Part shown: in pieces, positions 36,075 to 51,100 of the stretch | Layout of the letters: the number at the start of each line of letters is the position of its first letter | How positions within the stretch are numbered: the stretch's first letter is position 1 | Origin: Prorocentrum cordatum | Lineage: Eukaryota | Length of the DNA stretch: 64,000 nucleotides | Direction: 5' to 3' | NCBI GenBank assembly: GCA_963575745.1 | Contig: CAUYUJ010000108.1 | Coordinates: 1-64,000, forward strand | Program-made: the position numbers and the translations under genes | The notes under the pieces: model-generated | What the model was told of the DNA's origin: nothing | What the model saw: the letters and a program-made list of their open reading frames with translations, nothing else | Databases searched by the model: none

Positions 36075-38059
36075 TCAATCACTTGCTCAACTTGAAGCTG
36101 TCCTCTCCACTGCTCGCGCAAACATCCCACCCTCCCACCCGCAACTTGGTTTGCAAAACCTGTTAAGACCGACTACGACGACACCGACGACAACGACGAC
36201 GACGACACCGACGACGTCTCCGACGACTTCGACGACGACAACGACGCCGACGCCGACGACGACGACGACGACGCCAACGAAGGCGACGACGAGGGAGGAG
36301 GAAGGACGACGACGGCGACAACGACGACAACGGCGACAACGACGAGGGAGGAGGGAGGACGGCGACGACGCGAACGACGACGAAGGAGGAAGGACGGCGA
36401 CGCCGACGACGACAACGACGAGGGAGGAGGGAAGACGACGACGACAACGACGACGACGACGGTGACGAAATAGAACCGACGACGAGACGCCGACGACGGA
36501 CGACGACGACGACGTGGGAGGAGGAGGACGGACGACCACGGCGACAACGACGACGGAAACGACCACGACGCCAAAGAGGACGACGACGACGAACACGAGG
36601 AAAGACAGAGGACGACGTAGGCGACGACGACGACGACGCGGGAGGAGGGAGGACGCGACGACGACGACGACGACGACGACGCAAGAGCGCGCGCGCACGC
36701 TTTTGTTGAACATCCGTGTTGCGAAACCTTAAGTTTTTGTAGGTTTTTTGGACGCACGATTTTGAAATCCCTCCGAAATCGATGGGTTTTGAAGGTTTTC
36801 GGCATACGCCCGCGACGACGCGCGCGTCTGCACTTCGTCCCATTTTTTGCAGAGGATTCTCGCGACGGCACACGCGCAAGGGCGTTCGACAGATTTCGAC
36901 ATGCGCGCGCGAAGCCCGTTTGGTAGCATTTTGTGAAAATTTTGAAAAACCAATAGTTTTCTCAAGATTTCGCAAGAGCTCGCGCGTAAGCTTTCTTAGC
37001 AAATCAATGTTGCGAAACCCTGTGTTTTTGTATGTTTTTTTTGAAACTCGATTGCGAAATCCTTCCGGCACCAAAGGTTTATGAAGGATTTCGGCATGCG
37101 CGCTCGACGACGCGCGCGTGTGCACTTCGTCCCTTTTTGTTGCAAGGGATTCGTGAAGAAGTGTTATGTTAGAACAAACAATGTCACCGCATAGTGTTTT
37201 TTACAAGGGAACCTCAGGGGGAGGGAACCCAGCCTAGCTGGGATGATATGATTTCATATTTAGGATGGACGAATGGTCAGAATCATGTATGATTTACATA
37301 CCCGAAAGGGGAACGGATAAGTCCGGGGGGGGGTAGAGTCTATTCTCCTTTTAGAAAGGAGAACTCACTTTGACCGCCTTGAAGCTGTCCTCTCTACTGC
37401 TCGTGCAGACATCCCACCCTCCCACCCGCAACTTGGTCGCAAGACTTCTTAAGACAAGATCGTGACGGTAGGTACCACATGGCACTTGGCCACGACACCG
37501 ACGTCGACGACGACAGCGACAACGACGACGACGGCGCCGCAGACACCGACTACGACGACACCGCCGACGTCGACGTCGACGAAGACGACGACGACGCCGA
37601 CGCCGACGACGACGACGAAGACGACGACGACGTCGCCAACGGAGACGACGACGAGGGAGGAGAAAAAACGACGACGGCGACAACGACGACAACGACGATG
37701 GAGGAGGGAAGACGGCGACGACGCGAACGACGAAGAAGGAGGAAGGACGGCGACGCCGACGACGACAACGACGAGGGAGGAGGGAAGACGACGACGACGA
37801 CAACGACGACGAAGACGACGACGACGGCGACGAAATAGGAGGGACGACGACGAGACGCCGACGACGGACGACGACGACGACGAGGGAGGAGGAAAACGAC
37901 GAGGGAGGAGTGAAGACCACGACGACGACGACGACGAAATAGGAGGGACAACGTCGAGACGCCGACGAAGACGACGAGGGAGGAAGGATTACCACGGCGA
38001 CAACGACGACGGAAGCGACGACGACGCCAAGACGACGACGACGACGAGGAAAGACAGAA

Positions 38060-38091
<32 letters not shown>

Positions 38092-39996
38092 GGGAGGAGG
38101 GAGGACGACGACGACGACGACGACGCAAGAGCGCGCGCGCACGCTTTTGTTGAAAACCCGTGTTGCGAAACCTTTTGTTTTGGCATGTTTTTTGGACACA
38201 CGATTTTGGAATCCCTCCGAAACCGAAGGTCTTTGCAGGGTTTCGGCATACGCGCCAGACTTCGCGCGCGTCTGCACTTCGTCCTGATTTTTTGCAGAGG
38301 ATTCTCTCGACGGCACACGCGCAAGGGCGTTCGACAGATTTCGACATGCGCGTGCGAAGCCCGTTTGGTAGCATGTTGTGAAAATCTTGAAAAACCAATG
38401 GTTTTCTTAAGATTTCGCAAGAGCTCGCGCGTAAGCTTTTTTAGCAAATCAGTGTTGCGAAACCATTTGTTTTTTTTGTATGTTTTTTGGAAATTCAATT
38501 TTGAAATCTCTCCGGAACCGAGGGTCTTTTTTAAGGATTTCGGCATGCGCGCGCGACGACGCGCGCGTGTGCACTTCGTCCCATTCTTTGCAAGGGATTC
38601 GCAAAAAAAGTCTTATGTTAGAGCAACAAATGTCACCGCATATTGTTTTGTACAAGGGAACCTCAGGGGGGGAACCCGGTTTGGCTGGGATGGTCTGATT
38701 TCATATTTAGGATGGACGAATGTGCAGAATATATATATATATAGACATGAAATCATACTATCCCAGGGGGAAGCGACAAGTCCGGGGGGGGAGGGGGGTA
38801 GAATCTATTAGTCTTTTAGAAAGGAGAATCCACTCTGCTGAACTTGAAGTCGTCATCTCCACTGCTCGCGCAAACATCCCACCCACCCACCCGCAACTTG
38901 GTTTGCAAAACCTGTTGAGACCGACCAGGACGACACCGACGACGTCTCCGACGACTTCGACGACGACAACGACGCCGACGCCGACGACGACGAAGACGAC
39001 CACGACGACGACAACGAAGGCGACGACGAGGGAGGAGGAAGGACGACGACGGCGACAACGACGACAACGACGACAACGACGAGGGAGGAGGGAGGACGGC
39101 GACGACGCGAACGACGACGAAGGAGGAAGGACGGCGACGCCGACGACGACAACGACGAGGGAGGAGGGAAGACGACGACGACAACGACGACGACGACGGC
39201 GACGAAATAGGAGGGACGACGACGAGACGCCGACGACAGACGACGACGACGTGGGAGGAGGAGGAGGAGGAGGAAGGACGACCACGGCGACAACGACGAC
39301 GGAAACGACCACGACGCCAAAGAGGACGACGACGACGACGAACACACGAAAAGACAGAGGACGACGTAGGCGACGGCGACGACGACGACGCAAGAGCGCG
39401 CGCGCACGTTTTTGTTGAAAATCTGTGTTGCGAAACCTTAGGTTTTTGTAGGTTTTTTGGACGCACGATTTTGAGATCCTTCCGAAACCGATGGGTTTTG
39501 AAGATTTTCGGCATACGCCCGCGACTTCGCGCGCGTCTGCACTTCGTCCCATTTTTTGCAGAGGATTCTCGCGACGGCACACGCGCAAGGGCGTTCGACA
39601 GATTTCGACCTGCGCGCGCGCGAAGCCCGTTTGGTAGCATTTTGTGAAAATCTTGAAAAAACCTATGGTTTTCTTAAGATTTCGCAGGAGCTCGCGCGTA
39701 AGCTTTCTTAACAAATCAATGTTGCGAAACCCAGTGTTTTTGTATGTGTTTTTCGGAAACTCGATTGCGAAATCCTTCCGGCACCGCAGGTTTTTGAAGG
39801 ATTTCGGCATGCGCGCGCGACGACGCGCGCGTGTTCACTTCGTCCCATTTTTTGCAAGGGGTTCGCGAACAAGTGTTATGTTAGAACAAAAAATGTCACC
39901 GCATAGTGCTTTTTTACAAGGGACCCTCGGGGGGGGGAACCTGGTGTGGCTGTGATGGTATGATTTCATATTTAGGATGGACGAGTGTGCAATATA

Positions 39997-40035
<39 letters not shown>

Positions 40036-42279
40036 AATATATACATATGAAATCATACTATCCCAGGGGGGTACCGATAAGTCTGGGGGGGGGGTAGAGT
40101 CTATTCTTTTTTTAGAAAGGAGAATTCACTTTGACCGTCTTGAAGCTGTCCTCTCCACTGCTCGTGCAAGCATCCCACCCTCCCACCCGCAACTTGGTCG
40201 CAAGACCTCTTAAGACAAGACCGTGAGAGTAGGTACAAGATGGCACTTGGCCACGACACCGACGCCGACGACGACAGCGACAACGACGACGACGGCGCCG
40301 CCGACACCGACGACGACGACGACGTCTCCAACGACTTCGACGACGACAGCGACCACGACGACGACGACACCGACGACGGCGACGCCGACGACGACGACGA
40401 TGACAACGACGACGACGACGCCGACGACGCCGACGACGACGAAGATAACGACGACAACGACGACAACGACGTCGCCAACAGGACGACGACGAGGGAGGAG
40501 GGAGGACGACGACGGCGACAACGACGACAACGACGAGGGAGGAGGGAGGACGGCGACGACGCGAACGACGAAGAAGGAGGAAGGACGGCGACGCCGACGA
40601 CGACAACGACGAGGGAGGAAGGAAGACGCCGACGACGCAAGAGCGCGCGCACGCTTTTGTTGAAAATCCGTGTTGCGAAACCTTCGGATTTTGTAGGTTT
40701 TTTGGACACATGATTTGAAAGTCCATCCGAAACCGATGGGTTTTGAAGGATTTCGGCATGCGCGCGCGACGACGCGCGCGTCTGCACTTCGTCCTGATTC
40801 TTTGCAAAGGATTCTTGCGACGGCACACGCGCAAGGACGTTCGACAGATTTCGACATGCGCGCGCGCGAAGCCCGTTTAATAGCATCTTGTGAACATCTT
40901 GAACAACCTACTGTTTTCTTGAGATTTCGCAAGAGCTCGCGCGGAAGCTTTTTAAACAAATCAATGTTGCGAAACCCTGTGTTTCTGTATGTTTTTTATT
41001 GCGAAATCCTTCCGGCACCGACGATTTTTGAAGGATTCCGGCATGCGCGCGCGACGATGCGCGCGTGTGCACTTCGTCCCATTTTTGCAAGGGATTCGTG
41101 AAACAGTGTTATGTTAGAACAACAAATGTCACCGCATAGTGCTTTTTACAAGGGAACCTCAGGGGGGGGATACCGGTTGGGCTGGGACATTGTGATTTCA
41201 TATTTAGGATGGGCATGTGGCCAGAATTATATATGATCTACATACCCGAAAAGGGGTAGCGATAACTCCGGGGGGGTAGAGTCTATTCTCTTTTGAGCAA
41301 TCACCTGCCGAACTTGAAGTTGGCAACTCCACTGCTCGCGCAATCATCCCACCCACCCACCCGCAACTTGGTTTGCAAAACTCATGCGGGACCGAGCACA
41401 GATATCGCTCCGGGGTCGTCTTGGAGCCCTCGGGGGCGTCTCAAGAGCGCCCCGAGAAGGCCGGAGAAGCAAGACGGCCGACGACGACGACGACGACGAC
41501 GACGGCAGCGACGACGACGACGCCGACGTCGACGACGACGAAGACGACGACGCCGACGCCGACGACGACGACGAAGACGACGACGACGTCGCCAACGAAG
41601 ACGACGACGAGGGAGGAGGGAGGACGACGACGGCGACAACGACGACAACGACGACAACGACGACAACGAGGGAGGAGGGAGGACGGCGACGACGCGAACG
41701 ACGAAGAAGGAGGAAGGACGGCGACGCCGACGACGACAACGACGAGGGAGGAGGGAAGACGACGACGAGACGACGACGACGACGACGACGACGGCGACGG
41801 AGGAGGAGGACGACGACGACGACCACGGACGACCACAACGACAACGACGGAAACGACCACGACGCCAAAGAGGACGACGACGACGAACACGAGGAAAGAC
41901 ACGGGACGACGTAGGCGACGACGACGACGACGCGGGAGGAGGGAGGACCGCGACGACGACGACGACGACGCAAGAGCGCGCGCGCACGTTTTTGTTGAAA
42001 ATCCGTGTTGCGAAAACTTGTGTTTTTGTAGGTTTTTGGGACGCGCGATTTTGACATCCTTCCGAAACCGATAAGTTTAAAACACATTCGGCGTACGCGC
42101 GCGACGACGCGCGCGTCTGCACTTCGTCCCATTTTCTGCAGAGGATTCTCGCGACGGCACACGCGCAAGGGCGTTCGAAAGATTTCGACATGCGCGCGCG
42201 CGACGCCCGTTTGGTAGCATGTTGTGAAAATCTTGAAAAACCAACGGTTTTCTCAAGATTTCGCAAGAGCTCACGCGTA

Positions 42280-42317
<38 letters not shown>

Positions 42318-43661
42318 CAAATCAGTGTTACGAAACCCTGTGTCTTTGTATGTTTTTTTGGCACCTCGATTGCGAAATCCTTCCGCCACCGACGGTTTTT
42401 GACAGATTTCGGCATGCGCGCGCGACGGCGCGCGCGTGTGTGCGCTTCGTCCAATTTTTGCAAAGGATTAGTGAAACAATGTTATGTTAGAACAAAAAAT
42501 GTCACCGCATAGTGTTTCTTACAAGGGAACCTCAGGGGGGGATACCGGTTGGCCTGGGACATTGTGATTTCATATTTAGTATCATGTGGTCATAATCATA
42601 TGTGATTTACATACCCGAAAGGGGTAGCGATAACTCCGGGGGGGGGGTGAGTCTACTCTGTTTTTAGAAAGGAGAACTGATTTCTGTTCGCGGTGAGGTG
42701 TCCACTCCACTGCTCGCGCAAACATCCCACCCACCCATACGCAACTTGGTTTGCAAACTTCATGCGGCGGCGATTGCGATGAATGCTTGGCGCTGGCTGG
42801 TGCATCTCTGCGGCCGCGCCAGCCCGCACATGCGCGCGCGCAGCGGCCAGGTAGTTTGGCGTGACCGATGAGGCCGCGGTGGCGCTGACCGCTCGGCACA
42901 TCCCAGCGGGCACTTGAGTGCGAGTCGGTGGCTTGGGCGGGTGCGGTATCATGGCAACGTCGACACTTGTAGACACGATGGCGATGATAGTGGCGATGTT
43001 GGTGACGATGATGGTAACCACCATAATGATGATAATGGCGATGACGGCGCCGATGCCGATCACGCCGACGACGATGACGGCGTCTTCGCGTCGCTGACGA
43101 AGGTTTTGGAAGGAATTCGAAATGCGCGCGCGGCAGACGCGCGAGAGTGGCTCGCATGGTATTATTTCACACGGATCGTGCCACCCCAGCACGCGCGCAA
43201 TGGCGTTGGAACGATTTCGACATGCGCGCGCGCGAAGCTCGGCGGTTGGTAATATCTTAAGAATTTGCAAGATCGCGCGCGCACGCTTTTGTTGAAAATC
43301 CGTGTTGCGAAATCCTGTGTTTTTGTATGTTCTTTGGGCACTCGGTTGTGACATCCTTCCGAAGCCGCAGGTTTTTGAAAGATTTCGGCATGCGCGCGCG
43401 ACGACGCGCGCGCGTGCACTTCGTATCTTTTTTTGCAAGGGATTCTTGAACATTTAAGATTTTTGATGAACGGGTGTGCACGCATAGTATTTTTTGCAAG
43501 GGGACCGAGGGGGTGTCGATACTGGCTTGGCTGGGATAGTATGAACTCACAAGTAGGATGAACATTGGGTCAGAATCCTATGTGTTTTACATCGGTTCCC
43601 GGTGAGTGGATAAGTCGGGGGGGGAGGGTGGTAGATCATATCTCTTTTGTGAAAAGGAGAA
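36075..43661. mobile_element. Head-to-tail array of six ~1.0-1.5-kb non-coding elements with an (ACG)n-rich core
   Basis: Head tgaagctgtcctctccactgctcgcgcaaacatcccacc..cccgcaacttgg at ~36090, 37380, 38845, 40140, 41315 and 42705. Tail ggggggtagagtctattctccttttagaaaggagaa. Confidence 0.9.
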
Positions 43662-44249
43662 TCATTTCGAAGACTTTGGTGGGTCGCTGCACCTGTTCCA
43701 AACTCCGCTCCTCCTCCGTGCGCGTGGATTCAGCGCGCGGAGCCATATGTCTGGTTATCAGACAAGTGCACTCTCAGAGGCATTCGTTGGACCAGCGTGT
43801 CGAACTGCTTCATTTCATGCCTAGGGAGTGCGTTCGCGACTACGGCTGGGAGCATGGAGCTGAATACGCTGTTGTCGTGGAAGGGAAAGGAACACACTCG
43901 TTCTCCTGCTCCTCCTCCGCACTCGAACCTGCTCACAAAGCGGTCCACGCACCCCTCCGCAACGCTCATCCTGGTAGTTATTCATCCAAGATTAGTTCTT
44001 CTGTCACCCAAGATCAGCTCTGACGGCCCTGGGGCGCGAAAGGGCTGCCCACCGGGGCCGAAGCCGAGTTCGACCCTCCTCCCCCCACCGTCCCAGAATT
44101 CCGACCCCATGTCTTTTTCCACAGCGTGGGGCCCCAGAAGTCGAATCCTTTTCCCAAGGGCCGTCGTTTTTTGACGGTCCTTGGGCCCCTGGAGGTCGAA
44201 AGCTGTCAATCCGTCGCGCTTGATTCGCACCCCCCCCCCCCTTCCCCTC

Positions 44250-44334
44250 CAGAGGGCGCCGAGCCCGAACGCCTTGACTGGGGACCGCCGCTTCCCCACC
44301 ACCAGCGGGGCCAGCGCGGCCAGGTGGTCCGGTC
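44250..44334 (-). CDS. Exon B: (G)PDHLAALAPLVVGKRRSPVKAFGLGAL(W)
   Basis: GPDHLAALAPL is the hallmark of the family. AG acceptor, GA donor, phases consistent on both sides. Confidence 0.9.
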
Positions 44335-45208
44335 CTCTCCCCGTTTTCGCGTCCAGGGGAGAGGAGACGAGCGTCAAGAAGAGTGCAATCACGCGCCAGG
44401 AGAGAGGAGGGGGAGGGGGAGTAGTGGAGTACAATCGACAGCAACACCTCCTCGCGTTGCGAAACAAATAGCGACGGGAAACCTTTGGCCGTTTTCAGCT
44501 GCTGCGGGCAATCACTGGGCCCCAGGACCGTCAACACATGACTCAGAATGCAGCGGCAGTCTGGGGAAGTGGTCTAGACCTCCAGGGGTCCACGTTGCAA
44601 ACAAGAACGGCGTCGGAACTTTGGGATCGTCGAGCCGTGGCCCTAACAATGCGGGTCAATAAAATGGGCCTTCTCGCCGAGCGCCCAGTGCCCCAAGGAT
44701 GCGCCCCAACCGAATAACACGCCCAGGTGGAGAGGTCAAGCACAAAGAGCTTTGGCTTCGGGGTTCACTTCCAAAACTAAAGTTGTTCTTAATGCACGTG
44801 CCAACTGCACTGCCATGAGGACGCACACTCCACTTACGCGGACTCGCCAGCACTGGAAGGGCAGGCCTGAATCTTAGGTCCCTGCCCTCCTCTCCCCGCT
44901 GCGCCGCCGCCGGGGAGGGGGGCGCAAACTGGGGTACAACCCCCTGTGACTTCGCTGGAAGTTCCCATACAGCCAAAATCAGATGTTGCCAACAACCTTT
45001 ATCCCGAGACGGGGCCTCTCGGGAGAAAGGTTGTTTGTCTTGCGGGTCTCTAAACGTTTCTCTATTCATTTCTGCATCGGGCCTCCATGCCCAATGCAGG
45101 CGCGCCCGCTCCACCTGAAGCGATAGCAATACATTGTCCTTGGCCTTCTGAGACGGGGTGCAAACCAGGTTGGTCCCGTGTCTCCCCCACCGAGGGTGAA
45201 ATCGTGCC

Positions 45209-45356
45209 TCGTGCCTGTCTCTCCACAGGGGGATTTTGGGCGACAAATTAAAAATACGCAAAAAATGCCCCCCAACTGCGCAAAAACTGTCGAACTCGTC
45301 CACAGACTATTTCTGGACTATCTTTGAGCATCCCTCCTGTAGAGGGACAGGCCCGA
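45209..45356. mobile_element. MITE-like element with ~26-bp imperfect TIRs
   Basis: tcgtgcctgtctctccacagggggat ... atccctcctgtagagggacaggcccga. A homologue lies at 14375-14538. Confidence 0.7.
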
Positions 45357-45912
45357 CTCACACCGAGGGATGCCTCGAGTGTTGTCTGCCGGCCTTCGCT
45401 TCGGGAAGGTGCCGCGACCCCCATCCAGGGCTGGGAGGGCGGGCCCGAGCGCGCCGGGCCAGAGCGAACTGCTGCGCGGCGCGCGGGTGCTGAAGGGAAG
45501 GGTAGACGAGGGAATCATTCGGATACACGCAAAGAGCGACCCCGGGAAAGAGTGACCTTTCGTGCTCGGCTTTTTGGGGGCCGCGGGGGACCAAACAACC
45601 TGGGCGCGCAAGCCGCTTCTCCTACTTCGTTGTCAGCCGTCCGGGGACCCATCTGTGCCCGCACCAAAGGTCACTCCGGCGAAAAGTCAATCTTACGTCT
45701 AATCGAATCATTCCGTAAACATAAGCTTTCGGAGGTCCGCGTGGAATTTCGTGGATCCGCGCTGGACCCCACTCCCTGGCGCGCGGAGCGCGCCAGGGGC
45801 GGCGCCGGAGGCGCCGCCACGAGTGCCCAGCGCCGGTCCAATGAACCCGCGCGCGTCTCCAAAAGCTTAAGTTCATGCCAATATTCCTTCTGCTTTTTCT
45901 CCGTCTTCTTCT

Positions 45913-45954
<42 letters not shown>

Positions 45955-46204
45955 AAAAAAAAAGGGAGAGAGAAAGAGAGAGAGAGAGAGAGATAGAGAA
46001 GAACCAGCGGACGAGTCAGAGAGACACCAACAGGAGAAGGGGAAGGGGGAGGATGGCGCCGATTGCTCCCTTCTAGCCTGCAGCGCGCCGCGGGAGCGCG
46101 GCCGCGGACGCTGCGGACTTCGTCCGAAGCGTGTTCTGGACTGAGGAGGGGGGGCGGAATACTCCTGCTCCGTGCGCTTTTCCAAAACTGTCCGCGCAAT
46201 TTGT

Positions 46205-46209
46205 TTATG

Positions 46210-46243
<34 letters not shown>

Positions 46244-46770
46244 TGTATGTATACATGCATGTATGTATGTATGCATGCATGCATGTATGTATGTATGTAT
46301 GTATGTATGTATGTATGCGTGTGTATGCATGTATGTACGTCTGTCTGTTTGCCTGTCTGCCTGTCTGTCTGTCTGCCTATCTGTCTTTGCCTGTATACAC
46401 GTATGTATGCATGCATGCATATACATATGTATGCATGTATATGTGTGTATAGATATGTATGTTTATGTATGCGTGTATGTATGCATGCATGTATGTATGT
46501 ATGATTTGGCATACATGCAGGTACGCTATGATAGGTTATTACATGCCATGTTATGATATGGCATGTTCTGCTATGTTTTGGCACTATGGTACGATATGCT
46601 GCGACATGCTATGCCATATGATGTATGTACGTACGTATGTATGTATGCATGCATGCATGCGTATGCATATGCACGTATGTATTCATGTACGTACGTAAGT
46701 ATGCAGGCATTTCTGCCTGCCTGCCTGCCTGTCTGTCTGTCTGTCTGTCTGTCTGTATGCATGTACATGT
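46205..46770. repeat. (ATGT)n/(GTCT)n compound microsatellite
   Basis: Directly visible. Confidence 0.92.
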
Positions 46771-48186
46771 GCAAATTTTATGGATACAAGACTGCATTGG
46801 CGCTTCGCGCCATGTACCTCGGTCCTTCAAGTCCAACGTGTAAGCACAATGAGAGAGAAGGGTACATTAATGAAAACAACGACCGCTCTTGGTTGCAGTG
46901 TTCGCCATCACCGTCATCATATTGTTGTTCCTTATAATTCCCTCATGTGTCCTCTTCCTCTCCCTCTCCCTCTTCCTCTTTCCCGTTCTCGCCTCAATTG
47001 CCCCGCGAACCCTTCCTGATCCTCCTGAGATTTGTTTGCGGAGGCTCCTCCGAGGCGAGCTGCAAGAGGACTTCGCTAAAGCTTCTTAGAGGTTCCTTGG
47101 GTGCCTCTGGAGACGTCCCTGGCGCCTTTTGACAGTCTGTGGGGGGTCCCTCAGGCCATCATGTCGCATAGGGCGTCTTAGGGCAATTTCGGGCTGTCAT
47201 GGTCCCTCTGTGGGCAGTTTCTGAGCCCTCTTGGGCCCTCTTGGATCTCGCCTTGAATGTAAGGAAGCCTTTTTTGGTTGTCTTGGAGCAATTTTCAATG
47301 TCTCACGGGGGTTCTCGGACGCCCAGACGACCGAATCGCCGCGTAGCCCCCAAGCATACAAGGACAAACGGGACATCAACCCTTTGTGCCTTTCGAGAAT
47401 CTCTTGGAGGTGATGTTTGGGCCGTCTTCGGGCGTCCGGCGGGGGGTTGGGGCCGCTGGAGGCCATCTTGGACCGTCTTGGGGGTCCTCTGGGGAGGCCG
47501 CCGACTCATTTTTTGCACGCATCGCCAGGGACCTCCAGAGGCCCGCAACTCTCGAGGGACCCCTAGCTGGCGGCGGGGGGGCGTTCAGGAGCCCCTGACG
47601 CAAGGGATCCCGCTCGTTTCGGGGGGGAGGGGGAATGCCAAGCAGTGCATAGCAAAACAAAGCAATGCGGAGCAGAGTAAAGCAATGCGCCGCAACGCAA
47701 GGCAAACCAGTACAAACGGTGGAAACCAGTGCAGGGCAATGCAGTGTAATGCAAAGCAATGCAAAGCGATGCAAGACAATGCAAGGCAAAACGATGCAAC
47801 GTAATGCAGAGCGAGAAACGCCATGCACTGCAAAAAGCAATGCAGAGCGGTGCGATTGCAGTGCGATGCGATGGCAGTGCAGTGCCCAGGCGACGGACGG
47901 CGACGGGCGGTGCCGAGGCGGCGACGGCGGCCACGTGGCGGCCAGAGCGGCCCGCAGGCCCAGGCGACGGGGCGGCGACGAGGCGGCGACGACGGCGGCC
48001 ACGCGGCGGCCACATGGCGGCCCGCAGGCCCACTCCCGCAGAAGAGAAATCAGAAGCCTCAGTGCAAGCGCTGCCCCCAAGAGGGGCCTAAGCAGGGGAA
48101 CGCGAACCACCAACTCGAGCCTTCCGCCCCAGGAGGCTCCCAAGTGGTGGCCCCCAGAGGCCCCCTAAGGGAGCCCAGGGGGCCCC

Positions 48187-51100
48187 GTACGACGACACCG
48201 ACGACGTCTCCGACGACTTCGACGACGACGACAACGACGCCGACGCCGACGACGAAGACGACGACGACGACGCCAACGAAGGCGACGACGAGGGAGGAGG
48301 AAGGACGACGACGGCGACAACGACGACAACGACGACAACGACGAGGGAGGAGGGAGGACGGCGACGACGCGAACGACGAAGAAGGAGGAAGGACGGCGAC
48401 GCCGACGACGACAACGACGAAGGAGGAGGGAAGACGACGACGACGACAACGACGACGACGACGACAGCGACGAAATAGGAGGGACGACGACGAGACGCCG
48501 ACGACGGAAACGACCACGACGCCAAAGAGGACGACGACGACGAACACGAGGAGAGACCGAAGACGACGTAGGCGACAACGGCGACGACGCGGGAGGAGGA
48601 AAAACGGCGACGACGACGACGACGACCACGCAAGAGCTCGCGGCAACGCTTTTGTTGAACATCCGTGTTGCGAAACCTTTTTTTGGTAAGTGTTTTGGAC
48701 ACACAATTTTTAAAATATCCTTCCAAAACCGATGGGTTTTGAAGGTTTTCGGCGTACGCGCGCGACGACGCGCGCGTCTGCACTTCGTCCCGTTTCTTGC
48801 AGAGGATTCTCGCGACGGCACACGCGCAAAGGGCGTTCGACAGATTTCGACATGCGCGCGCGCGAAGCCCGTTTGATATTGTCAAAATCAGGAAAACTTT
48901 TTGTTTATGTTTTTTTTTGTTTTTCTTCAAAAAAAAAGAGTTCGCGCGGATTTTTTGGTTTTGTGTTTTTTTTGCAAATCAATGTTGCGAAACCCTGTGT
49001 TTTTGTATTTATTTGTTGGGAACTCGATTGCGAAATCCTTCCGGCACCGAGAGTTTTTGAAGGATTTCGGCATGCGCTCGCGACGACGCGCGCGCGTGCA
49101 CTTCGTCCAATTTTTTGCAAGGCATTCGTCAAACAGTCCGATGTTAAAACAGAAACTGCCCTCGCGTATCGTTTTTACAAGGGGACCTCAGGGGGGTCGA
49201 TCCCGGCCCTTCTGGGATAGTGTAAATTCATATTTCGGATGGACATGTGGTCAAAATCATACATGACTTACGTACCCGAAAACGGGGCGGATAACGCCGG
49301 GGGGGGGGTAGAGTATGCTGTCTTTTAAGAAAGGAGAACAGAACAAATAATATCTGCGGTGCAGCCTGTGTTGACCAATCTATGTGCTGCAGTCTACGTG
49401 GTGCAATCCACTTTGACTGTCTTGAAGCTGTCCTCTCCATTGCTCGTGCAAACATCCCACCCACCCACCCGCAACTTGGTTTGCAAAACCTGTTCAGACC
49501 GACTACGACGACACCGACGACAACGACTAGGACGACACCGACGACGTCTCCGACGACTTCGACGACGACAACGACGCCGACGCCGACGAAGACGAAGACG
49601 ACGACGACGACGCCAACGAAGGCGACGACGAGGGAGGAAGGACGACGACGGCGACAACGACGACAACGATGAGGGAGGAGGGAGGACGGCGACGACGCGA
49701 ACGACGACGAAGGAAGAAGGACGGCGACGCCGACGACGACAACGACGAGGGAGGAGGGAAGACGACGACGACAACGCCGACGACGACGGCGACGAAATAG
49801 GAGGGACGACGACGAGACGCCGACGACGGACGACGACGACGACGAGGGAGGAGGAGGAAGGACGACCACGGCGACAACGACGACGGAAACGACCACGACG
49901 CCAAAGAGGACGACGACGACGAACACGAGGAAAGACAGAGGACGACGTGGGCGACAACGACGACGACGACGCGGGAGGAGGGAGGACGGCGACGACGACG
50001 ACGACGACGACGCAAGAGCGCGCGCGCACGCTTTTGTTGAAAACCCGTGTTGCGAAACCTTGTGTTTTTGTAGGTTTTTTGGACGCGCGATTTCGAAATC
50101 CTTCCGAAACAGATGGGTTTTGAAGGATTTCGGCGTACGCGCGAGACGACGCGCGCGTCTGCACTTCGTCCCATTTGTTGCAGAGGATTCTCGCGACGGC
50201 ACACGCGCAAGGGCGTTCGACAGATTTCGACATGCGCGCGCGCGAAGCCCGTTTGGTAGCATTTTGTGAAAATCTTGAACAACCCATGGTTTTCTTCAGA
50301 TTTCGCAAGAGCTCGCGCGGAAGCTTGTTTAGCAAATCAGTGTTGCGAAACCCTGTGTTTTTGTATGTTTTTTTGGAAACTCGATTGCGAAATCCTTCCG
50401 GCACCGAAGGTTTTTGAAGGATTCCGGCATGCGCGCGCGACGACGCGCGCGTGTGCACTTCGTCCCATTTTTTGCAAGGGATTCGTGAAAAACTGTTATA
50501 TTGGAACAAAAAATGTCGCCGCATAGTGTTTTTTACAAGGGAACCGCAGGGGGGGGGTACCGGCTTAGCTGGGATGGTACGAGTTCATATTTAGGATGGA
50601 CATGTGGTCAGAATCATGTGTGATTTACAGCACGCGCGGGGCAACCGATCAGTCCAGGGGGGGGGGTAGAATCTATTACTCTTTTAGAAAGGAGAATTAA
50701 TATGCTGCATCTTAGACTTTTATGAAATGTTATACGTGGTGCGATCTATTCGGTGCAAGATATGTTGTGCATCTCGTGTGGTGCAATCCGCTCTGTTAAA
50801 CTTGAAGCCGTCATCTTCAGTGCTCGCGCAAACGTCCCACCCCTCCCACCCGCAACTTGTTTGGCAAAACTCATGATGCGGGGGGACGGCGGCGCCACCG
50901 ATGACGACATCGATGATAACATCCTCTCTGCCGATGCTTGTCACCGTGAATCGATGATGAAGGTGAACATATCGACGGTACTCGGACGTGCGCGATGACA
51001 AGATGACGTCGGCAACGTCTGCGACAATGACGAATATGGCACCAGCGACAACGATGTTCAAGAAGGCGACGGCACGAACGATAACGGCGCCAATGATGGC

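Noticed and set aside
36087..50524. Many 200-450-aa ORFs rich in R/T/D or V/S
   Set aside because: These are translations of (ACG)n/(GTC)n cores that lack stops. Frames are not conserved between copies.
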